Origin: a virus
Taxonomy: Duplodnaviria > Caudoviricetes
Reading direction: 5' to 3' (one strand)
IMG/VR virus record: IMGVR_UViG_3300039000_000017
Location: 1 to 37,609 of that record
DNA: 37,609 nt
Shown: positions 8,938 through 15,667 of the stretch, one piece after another
Position numbering within the stretch: position 1 is the stretch's first letter
Layout of the letters: every line of letters begins with the position of its first letter
The notes under the pieces: generated by a model
Database searches by the model: none
The model's input: the letters and a program-made list of their open reading frames with translations, nothing else
What the model was told of the DNA's origin: nothing
Position numbers and translations under genes: made by a program

Positions 8938-10131
8938 ATGACTGAACTACCTGTACCACTTCGTGGTGCCAAGGCACCTACCCTCATGTGGGCACCTGAG
9001 CACGAAGTCGAGCCAGCTGCACTTCAGCAGCTCCGCAACATCGCATCCCTACAGTGGGTCCACGGTGTCCGCGTAATGCCTGACGTACACCTAGGCAAGG
9101 GCGCAACGGTCGGTTCCGTCATTGCCATGGAGAACGCCATCTCGCCGTCAGCCGTCGGAGTTGATATCGGCTGTGGTGTCTCTGCCGTCCGTACCTCCCT
9201 CACGGCAGCAGACCTGCCTGAGGACCTACACTCGATCCGTCTTCGGGTCGAAGACACCATCCCTGTCGGCTTCAACGGCCACGACAAGATGCCGAACGTC
9301 CGTCGTCTTGGCATCGACCGTGGCTGGGACACCTTCTGGGGCAGCTTCCGTGACCTGCATGCCGGTGTACAGCAGTTGGAGAGCCGTGCACAGCACCAGA
9401 TGGGCACTCTTGGCGGTGGGAACCACTTCCTTGAGATGTGTCTCGACGCTGAAGGCCGTGTCTGGCTCACCCTGCACTCGGGCTCACGCAATATCGGCAA
9501 GGAACTGGCCGCACGGCACATCAAGATCGCGAAGGCGCTCCCGCAGAATCAGGACCTTCCCGACCCGGACCTCGCCGTGTTCCTTGCTAACACCCCGGAG
9601 ATGTCGGCTTACCGCTTTGACCTCTCATGGGCACAGGAGTTCGCGCTCCGGTCCCGCAAGGTCATGATGGAGCTCTTCAAGGGCGTCATCAAGGACTCCT
9701 TTCCAACCAACGCCCTCACCTTCGATCAGGAAATCTCCTGCCACCACAACTACGTGGCCGAAGAGATGATCGACGGTCGTCCCATGCTGGTCACCCGCAA
9801 GGGTGCCATCCGGGCCGGTTCCGGCGACCTTGGTCTGATCCCCGGATCGATGGGTACTGGATCCTACATCGTGCGCGGCCTTGGTAACGATACATCCTTC
9901 CAGTCAGCCTCCCACGGTGCTGGTCGACGCATGAGCCGGAACAAGGCCAAGGCCACCTTCACGGTGGAGGACCTCGCAGCACAGACACTTGGTGTCGAGT
10001 GCCGCAAGGATCAGGGCGTTGTGGACGAAATTCCGGGCGCATACAAAGACATCCATAGTGTCCTTGATGCCCAGAAGGATCTTGTAGAGGTTGTCCAGCA
10101 CCTTCAGACCATCCTCTGCGTCAAGGGCTAG
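8938..10131 (+). CDS. rtcB: RtcB RNA ligase
   Basis: MPDVHLGKG, VGVDIGCG, GGGNHF, HSGSR, HHNY, PGSMG, SHGAGR, DEIPGAYK, C-terminal VKG. Confidence 0.97.
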   Translation: MTELPVPLRGAKAPTLMWAPEHEVEPAALQQLRNIASLQWVHGVRVMPDVHLGKGATVGSVIAMENAISPSAVGVDIGCGVSAVRTSLTAADLPEDLHSIRLRVEDTIPVGFNGHDKMPNVRRLGIDRGWDTFWGSFRDLHAGVQQLESRAQHQMGTLGGGNHFLEMCLDAEGRVWLTLHSGSRNIGKELAARHIKIAKALPQNQDLPDPDLAVFLANTPEMSAYRFDLSWAQEFALRSRKVMMELFKGVIKDSFPTNALTFDQEISCHHNYVAEEMIDGRPMLVTRKGAIRAGSGDLGLIPGSMGTGSYIVRGLGNDTSFQSASHGAGRRMSRNKAKATFTVEDLAAQTLGVECRKDQGVVDEIPGAYKDIHSVLDAQKDLVEVVQHLQTILCVKG

Positions 10132-10133
10132 AT

Positions 10134-10161
10134 TAGACTTCTCGGCTTTCTCGTGTATAAT
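10134..10161 (+). promoter_or_regulatory. SigA-like promoter for a leaderless ORF
   Basis: TAGACT-16-TATAAT; ATG 6 nt later. Confidence 0.65.
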
Positions 10162-10167
10162 AGAAAT

Positions 10168-10332
10168 ATGACACAACACGAAAAAGCCGAGAAGTCGATT
10201 CTCGCCACCATTGAGACCGTACAGGACAACATCCCGGACGGACGTGAGAAGCAGCTGGCCATTACAAAGCTGGAGGAAGCACTTCTCTGGATCAACGCAA
10301 CGGTGACGAAGCATACAGCTCGAAACCGATAG
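10168..10332 (+). CDS. 54-aa protein with an Acb2/Tad1-like helical hairpin motif (absent from the ORF track)
   Basis: Translated by hand: MTQHEKAEKSILATIETVQDNIPDGREKQLAITKLEEALLWINATVTKHTARNR*. Confidence 0.75.
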   Translation: MTQHEKAEKSILATIETVQDNIPDGREKQLAITKLEEALLWINATVTKHTARNR

Positions 10333-10337
10333 CAAAT

Positions 10338-10422
10338 GGAAGTGTGCCAGAGTGGTCGATTGGGCATCACTGCTAATGATGAGGGTGTAAAAGCCTCGCA
10401 GGTTCGAATCCTGTCACTTCCG
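10338..10422 (+). tRNA. tRNA-Ser(GCT), canonical 7/5 fold
   Basis: catca-CT GCT AA-tgatg; long variable arm. Confidence 0.93.
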
Positions 10423-10463
10423 CGTTAGACAAGAAGTAAATCTGTGATATAGTAAATATACAT

Positions 10464-10545
10464 GCAGTCGTGGCGGAACGGTATACGCGCAGTGTTGAGG
10501 TCACTGTGGGCATAGCTCATGTGGGTTCAAATCCCATCGACTGTA
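10464..10545 (+). tRNA. tRNA-Leu(GAG)
   Basis: cagtg-TT GAG GT-cactg; variable arm. Confidence 0.93.
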
Positions 10546-10661
10546 CGCGATCTGGGGAGCACGACCTTCGGGTAGGTCTTCAGGCAGGTAGACAGGATCC
10601 TAAAGCTCCTGCGGCTAGAACAGCGGTCACCATGCTGTCCGAACTATCGGTTAAATAGCTT

Positions 10662-10744
10662 GCGGGTGTGGCGGAACGGTGAGACGCGCTGGTTTTAGGA
10701 ACCAGTACTTTGATACATTGTGGGTTCGAATCCCATCACCCGTA
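10662..10744 (+). tRNA. tRNA-Leu(TAG)
   Basis: ctggt-TT TAG GA-accag. Confidence 0.92.
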
Positions 10745-10751
10745 CTTTTTA

Positions 10752-10825
10752 GCTCGCGTACCCCAATTGGCAGAGGGGTCCTGCTTAAAACGGGATAGTT
10801 GAGAGTTCGAGTCTCTCCGTGAGTA
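10752..10825 (+). tRNA. tRNA-Leu(TAA) with a short variable loop
   Basis: tcctg-CT TAA AA-cggga; 5-nt variable loop; gagag-TTCGAGT-ctctc. Confidence 0.88.
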
Positions 10826-10952
10826 CTCGGGGGTTCCTGCCCCTGATCGGGTAAGTAGCTGAGAAATAAACAGGCGACTGAAACGTCGTAAATCTAATTG
10901 GTAACCGGGGAACAGTCGGCTTCAGCACCTGCAGACTCCGAAGTGCCAGTAT

Positions 10953-11024
10953 GCCTCCTTAGCTGAATCGGCGTAGCACTGAGCTTTTACCTCAGGGAAC
11001 CGGGATCGAAGCCCGGAGGGGGCA
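10953..11024 (+). tRNA. tRNA-Lys(TTT)
   Basis: ctgag-CT TTT AC-ctcag; ccggg-ATCGAAG-cccgg. Confidence 0.88.
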
Positions 11025-11025
11025 C

Positions 11026-11466
11026 ATGAGGCGTTCAATGGACAGAAATAGTAAGCAGTACATACTTGACCGCGTACAGGTAAATGCAGTCACGGGTTGT
11101 TGGATATGGCAATTGTCTACTAACCCACAGACAGGTTATGGACAGCTTGGAAGGAGACCATATACAGCACATAGGCTCAGTTATCTTCTATGGCGAGGTA
11201 GAGCAGAAAAGGAAGTTCTTAGGCATAGGTGCCATAATAAGGTGTGCTGTAATGCTGACCATCTTATTGAGGGTACACATGGCGACAACTACGCTGACTC
11301 GCTAGAGGTACATGACCACGCAAACAAAAGTAGGCGCGGACGACCAGCACGAAATGCCATACCTGTTATATTAGACGGGATACTATATCCCTCGAAAGTA
11401 GCGGCTATGAAAGCTCTAGCGATCGCACCACGCACACTTGAAAAACGCATAAATCAGCCCTCGTAG
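11026..11466 (+). mobile_element. HNH homing endonuclease (HNH_3 type) inserted in the tRNA array
   Basis: GCWIW, GYGQ, AHRLSY, RHRCHNKVCCNADHL..GT..DN; AT-rich. Start could be 11038. Confidence 0.88.
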
Positions 11467-11538
11467 CGCTCTGGCCTTCTAATCCAGCCTTCTAATCAGC
11501 GTAACGGACGGATGCAGGTTCGAATCCTGCCGGGGGCA
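11457..11538 (+). tRNA. Non-canonical tRNA-Arg(TCT)-like RNA with a rearranged D region
   Basis: gccctcg/cgggggc acceptor; ctgg-c CT TCT AA t-ccag; perfect gcagg-TTCGAAT-cctgc; no D-arm in the usual position. Confidence 0.65.
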
Positions 11539-11539
11539 C

Positions 11540-11980
11540 ATGCATGAAGAATTCGATACCGCCGTCCTCCGCCCCGAGGAATACTCTTACACTATCAAAA
11601 CTAAGTTCGACTCTGGCACCACGGTTGAAATGATTTTTTATGTGCTGGAGTTCGACAGAATGAGCCCTTCTGTGTCTGTTGAGGTCTGCCTCAATTCATA
11701 TACAAAGAGGAGTCAGGTCAGAACTCCGGATTTCTACTACACCGCTAGAGGAAAAGACGGACTACGGCCTGCGATATGGGCAACCAATCTGCTGCTCAAG
11801 TTTCCTGCATTCCTTCTTGATGACTGGGCCTTCCAACATAAAGATGAGGTGGTGTATACCATCTTCTGGTCTGAGGCCCGACGCAGAGATGTGTACTACA
11901 AATGGCTATCTAGATATGGATTCTATTTTGGCCAAGCGTCTGGTAGCAAGTGCCTGACTCAGACTTTTTTCAGATCATAA
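11540..11980 (+). CDS. Hypothetical protein
   Basis: 146-aa ORF starting 2 nt after the tRNA discriminator. Confidence 0.7.
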   Translation: MHEEFDTAVLRPEEYSYTIKTKFDSGTTVEMIFYVLEFDRMSPSVSVEVCLNSYTKRSQVRTPDFYYTARGKDGLRPAIWATNLLLKFPAFLLDDWAFQHKDEVVYTIFWSEARRRDVYYKWLSRYGFYFGQASGSKCLTQTFFRS

Positions 11981-12063
11981 ATACTTGATAGCGTATAATC
12001 TATCTTTACTGTGGTCGCGCAATACACAGGTATAATTGAGGAAACACTTTCTCAGGAGTACCC

Positions 12064-12438
12064 ATGCTTAAACATGTCTGGAACTGGCACCTCAAGGATG
12101 CCAAAGAACGATCATTTGGCGAGGTCCTCGCTGACGCAGTCGCCAACGGAATGGGCAGCTGGAAGTTCATAATCGCCCAGAGTGTATTCATTACATTTTG
12201 GATTGTCTTCCAGATCATCGGCATCTTCGGTCTCCAGTGGGATCCATACCCGTTCATCCTCCTCAACCTGCTCTTCTCTACACAGGCTGCATACTCGGCC
12301 CCCATCATCATGATGGCTCAGAACCGCTCCGCCGACCGAGATCGCGCCAAGGCCGAGTTCGACCACGAAGTTCTAGGGGACGTACACACCATGCTGAAGA
12401 GCCTCGTCCCAGCTGAAGTTGATACTTCTACCGACTAG
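12064..12438 (+). CDS. DUF1003-like membrane protein
   Basis: GSWKFI...WDPYPFILLNLLFSTQAAYSAPIIMMAQNR; aggag RBS. Confidence 0.9.
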   Translation: MLKHVWNWHLKDAKERSFGEVLADAVANGMGSWKFIIAQSVFITFWIVFQIIGIFGLQWDPYPFILLNLLFSTQAAYSAPIIMMAQNRSADRDRAKAEFDHEVLGDVHTMLKSLVPAEVDTSTD

Positions 12439-12453
12439 CTGTATGCTCTATAT

Positions 12454-12624
12454 ATGATGAAAATTAGTAAGTATCGTGTAGGCAAAGCATGCGGTGGCAA
12501 GTGGTTTCCCGGAATCGGCTGCGGATATTGGGAAGGTCTGGGCCGAGCCTTCCAGATCCGCCTAGGGTTTCGGCGTTTCGATGGCGGATTCGCCTTCGGC
12601 CCGCTGATGTTCTTTCAAGAATAG
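12454..12624 (+). CDS. Small Gly/aromatic-rich hypothetical protein (56 aa), leaderless
   Basis: MMKISKYRVGKACGGKWFPGIGCGYWEG...MFFQE*; TTGATA-17-TATGCT ends 6 nt upstream. Confidence 0.55.
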   Translation: MMKISKYRVGKACGGKWFPGIGCGYWEGLGRAFQIRLGFRRFDGGFAFGPLMFFQE

Positions 12625-12650
12625 ACATCACTAAGAAATAGTGGTACAAT
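12622..12650 (+). promoter_or_regulatory. SigA-like promoter
   Basis: TAGACA-17-TACAAT with TGn extension. Confidence 0.65.
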
Positions 12651-12723
12651 AAATGTATAAACACCGGCACCGCTTTTCAATCAGAACCGCTTGCGGATTC
12701 TAACCTAATAAGTGTTGGTTCTT

Positions 12724-12795
12724 GCCTCTATAGCTGAGATGGTTTAGCACTTGACTCTTAATCAAGAGACGTCGGTTCGATCCCGACTGGGGGCA
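12724..12795 (+). tRNA. tRNA-Lys(CTT)
   Basis: cttga-CT CTT AA-tcaag. Confidence 0.93.
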
Positions 12796-12796
12796 C

Positions 12797-12970
12797 ATGG
12801 CACAGACAAGGGAAGACCGTGTCTATTTGGCATACCGAGTCTTCAAAGCATATTACGTGCGACAGGAGTCAGAGACCCCTCGTGCGCACGCCATTCTTGC
12901 TGTCTGTGCTAAGTTCAATATGGCCGTGGAAGATGTAAAGAACATCGTAAACGCCAAGTTGAAGAACTGA
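12797..12970 (+). CDS. Small hypothetical protein (57 aa)
   Basis: MAQTREDRVYLAYRVFKAYY...VKNIVNAKLKN*; fills the gap between the tRNA and the next promoter. Confidence 0.6.
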   Translation: MAQTREDRVYLAYRVFKAYYVRQESETPRAHAILAVCAKFNMAVEDVKNIVNAKLKN

Positions 12971-12971
12971 T

Positions 12972-13000
12972 TTGACACTGTGAATGAAGTAGACTAAGCT
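12972..13000 (+). promoter_or_regulatory. SigA-like promoter for the 245-aa gene and its RNA
   Basis: TTGACA-17-TAAGCT. Confidence 0.7.
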
Positions 13001-13050
13001 TTAAATATACGCAGTACCAACGACATAAGACTAACGACTTAAGGAAAATC

Positions 13051-13788
13051 ATGACCACCAAGCTCAACCAGATCATCGCCATTGAAGGCGGACTGAAGAA
13101 TACCTCCAAGCGCGACGTCACCGACGCTTACCACAAGATCCAGAAGACCGCCCTCCTCAACGGCATCTCCCGTACATACAAGCCGAAGGACGAAGAAGGC
13201 GACATCCTTCCTCCCGAGAGCACTCTTGTGCAGACCCGCGTTGAGGATGTTCTCGCCGAGGTCTCCACCTCCCTGACCCGACTTTTCGACATCACCCTGA
13301 CCAAGGAGGTCGCCAACGGCTCCGCCAAGGCTGACGTCGTGGTCGGCGGGACGATCATCGTCAAGGACGCCCCGGTCACGTACCTTCTCTTCCTTGAGAA
13401 GCAGCTCGTAGACCTGAAGACCTTCGTCGCAGCCCTGCCGACACTGGATCCCGCTGAACTCTGGGAGAAGAGCGCGGCAACCGGTGACTGGGCCACTGCA
13501 GTCTCGCAGACGGTCAAGACCAAGAAGGTCCCGCGCAACTGGGAGAAATCCCCCGCCACGGACAAGCACCCGGCACAGGTCGAGATCTTCAACGAAGATG
13601 TTCAGGTCGGCACGTGGAGTACCACCAAGTTCTCCGGTGCCCTGCAGCGCGAACGCCGTAACGCCCTCCTGACCCGCGTCGAAGACCTGCTGACCGCAGT
13701 GAAGTTTGCCCGTGAGGATGCAAACTCCGCCGTCGTCACCGACGTCAAGACCGGCAAACAAGTTTTCGACTTCCTGTTCTCAGCGTAG
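13051..13788 (+). CDS. Conserved hypothetical protein (245 aa) upstream of a tRNA-mimic RNA
   Basis: taagga RBS; strong high-expression codon bias; KLNQIIAIE...GISRTYKP...YLLFLEKQL...HPAQV...VKFARE resembles a widespread uncharacterised bacterial/phage family (from memory, possibly DUF7873; verify). Confidence 0.9.
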   Translation: MTTKLNQIIAIEGGLKNTSKRDVTDAYHKIQKTALLNGISRTYKPKDEEGDILPPESTLVQTRVEDVLAEVSTSLTRLFDITLTKEVANGSAKADVVVGGTIIVKDAPVTYLLFLEKQLVDLKTFVAALPTLDPAELWEKSAATGDWATAVSQTVKTKKVPRNWEKSPATDKHPAQVEIFNEDVQVGTWSTTKFSGALQRERRNALLTRVEDLLTAVKFAREDANSAVVTDVKTGKQVFDFLFSA

Positions 13789-13800
13789 TCGAGCAAGAAT

Positions 13801-14220
13801 CCCCGTTGAGCACGGGGTACGGTGGTCAGTCCCGCATGGGGCGCACCTAACAAACTGAAACTGACGACTCAGATTCAAAATAGCTTCCAGTAGTGGTTCG
13901 AGTCCACTCCCTGCCACCAAATCATGGCAGGGTAGCCCAAATGGTAGAGGCAAGCTCTTAGATTCAGATTATCGCTCTAGATTCAGAAGCTTCAATACTA
14001 CACTGATCGACCGTATACACACCCTAGCTTTGAAATAAGGGTTCGATTCCCTTCCCGGCCTCTGTGTCTTTGACACTGTTCCACCTAATGGCCGGGTGGC
14101 ATAATGGTATTGCGCAAACTTCTTAAATTGATGTGTATACTTAAACGTGCAGACAGTAGTAAAATGTGGCATTAAACACTCATATAAGAGCGGCGGGAGC
14201 CGGATATGCTCCCGTCGCTC
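13801..14220 (+). ncRNA. Structured RNA with two circularly permuted tRNA-like (YrlA-like) domains
   Basis: T-arm, then loop-closed acceptor stem, then D-arm, at 13882-13956 and ~14026-14120. Long closing helix gtatacaca/tgtgtatac. 13-bp terminal hairpin at 14188-14220. RNA ends are inferred. Confidence 0.8.
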
Positions 14221-14225
14221 GCCAC

Positions 14226-14298
14226 GTTCCTGTAGCTCAGTTGGTAGAGCACTTGCATGACTCGCAAGATGTCGGAGGTTCGACCCCTCTCAGGTACA
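14226..14298 (+). tRNA. tRNA-Val(GAC)
   Basis: cttgc-AT GAC TC-gcaag; canonical D and T arms. Confidence 0.9.
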
Positions 14299-14319
14299 CA
14301 AGTCACTACAAAGGACGCC

Positions 14320-14772
14320 ATGTCAGATTTCCCGCACTCCATCGCAATTATGTTCCCGGCAAACTACCCGGAGGACAAGGCCGATGCACACTGCACCCTG
14401 ATCTGGTTGGGCGAAACAGATGTCGTCAACTTCACCAAGGATGAACTTCTCGAAGTGCTCTCGGCCTTTGACTATACCCCCAACGCCGAATACAGAGCCC
14501 TGCCACCCAAGATCTTCGGCAAGGATGATGAACGAGTCGTCGTATTGCCGCTGGATGACGAGGACGGCTCTCTGCAGGCCCTGCGAGACAAGATTGCTGG
14601 TGCTCTGGAGGACCGGAACATCAAGTCTCCCAGCGAGTACACCACCTACGTCCCGCACGTCACCACAGAGGACTACGTTCCCGGTGTGACCAAGATGGCC
14701 AACTACCCAGTACCGGCCTTCATCAAGCTCGGCCCTGCTGAGCTCTGGTGGGGCGACGAGCACATTGCGTAA
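14320..14772 (+). CDS. 2H phosphoesterase (LigT/ThpR or Acb1-like)
   Basis: Two HxT motifs (AHCTL, PHVTT); aagga RBS before ATG 14320. Confidence 0.85.
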   Translation: MSDFPHSIAIMFPANYPEDKADAHCTLIWLGETDVVNFTKDELLEVLSAFDYTPNAEYRALPPKIFGKDDERVVVLPLDDEDGSLQALRDKIAGALEDRNIKSPSEYTTYVPHVTTEDYVPGVTKMANYPVPAFIKLGPAELWWGDEHIA

Positions 14773-14959
14773 CCCTGCCCGCATGTGGCCAATACTCACG
14801 GCCTTCTGGAAGCTGTGGGCCACGAAACCGGACCAGCGTTTCCTCCAGTTCGTCTGCAATCTCCCCTACCTCCTCGACTTCCCTGAGGATACGCTTTACT
14901 ACGTCGAAGATGATGTACTATTGCAAAAATTACAATGGTTGATTGACAATACATTATGA
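14765..14959 (+). CDS. Small hypothetical protein (YihD/DUF1040-like pattern)
   Basis: MRNPARM...W...PDQRFLQ...YYVEDD. Confidence 0.65.
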   Translation: MRNPARMWPILTAFWKLWATKPDQRFLQFVCNLPYLLDFPEDTLYYVEDDVLLQKLQWLIDNTL

Positions 14960-14996
14960 TAAAATAGAGGTACACACCTCTATTACAGGATTTATC

Positions 14997-15593
14997 ATGA
15001 CTGTCGAAACTCCCGCACCACCTACAGCACCGCTCGCGATCACGGATCTCGATGCCTTCAAGCGTGTCGCAAGTAACGACCCAACATACCCAACCAATCT
15101 GCGCACCTTTTACTCCCCCATTGACGACGTCCATGGGGCACTCAAGGCTGTCATCGGGGCGACGACCCAGTCTCTGGTCATCGCGATGTACGGCTGGGAT
15201 GATGATGAACTGGCGGAACTGATCGCCCACATTATCGATAACCCGAACATCTATGTCCAGATCACTCTAGACAAGTCGCAGGCTGGCGGCGTACACGAGC
15301 GCACCCTGCTGGAGAAGTTCAAGCACGAGATGGACTCCAACTCCGTCGCCATCGGAACATCTGAAAAAGGCGCAATCATGCACCGTAAGATGGTAATCGT
15401 TGATGGACTATGGAGAATCTCGGGATCCACCAACTGGTCCACATCTGGAGAGACATTACAGGACAATGAGCTGACTGTCCTGCAGTCTGCCGCTGCGTGT
15501 GCTGAGGCCCGTCATGTGCTCGACATAGAGCACAACAAGGCTTTGAAGCAGCAAGCCGCACGTACAGCTGCCTCGGTGGTTCCAGTCGGCTAA
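14997..15593 (+). CDS. Phospholipase D-superfamily (Nuc-like) single-HKD protein
   Basis: MHRKMVIVD...GSTNWS...DNE motif. Confidence 0.88.
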   Translation: MTVETPAPPTAPLAITDLDAFKRVASNDPTYPTNLRTFYSPIDDVHGALKAVIGATTQSLVIAMYGWDDDELAELIAHIIDNPNIYVQITLDKSQAGGVHERTLLEKFKHEMDSNSVAIGTSEKGAIMHRKMVIVDGLWRISGSTNWSTSGETLQDNELTVLQSAAACAEARHVLDIEHNKALKQQAARTAASVVPVG

Positions 15594-15667
15594 GTAGGTA
15601 TTGTACCGACATTCGCCAAAATACACAAGGTAGAATGGAAATACATCACCTACTTTTGGAGTGCCCT

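Noticed and set aside
13880-14120. Ordinary tRNA genes on either strand
   Set aside because: The T-arm precedes the D-arm and there is no anticodon arm. The minus strand lacks TTCG and GG motifs in the right order.
13969-14172. 67-aa minus-strand ORF and other short ORFs over the RNA
   Set aside because: No RBS or coding bias; the sequence is explained by RNA helices.
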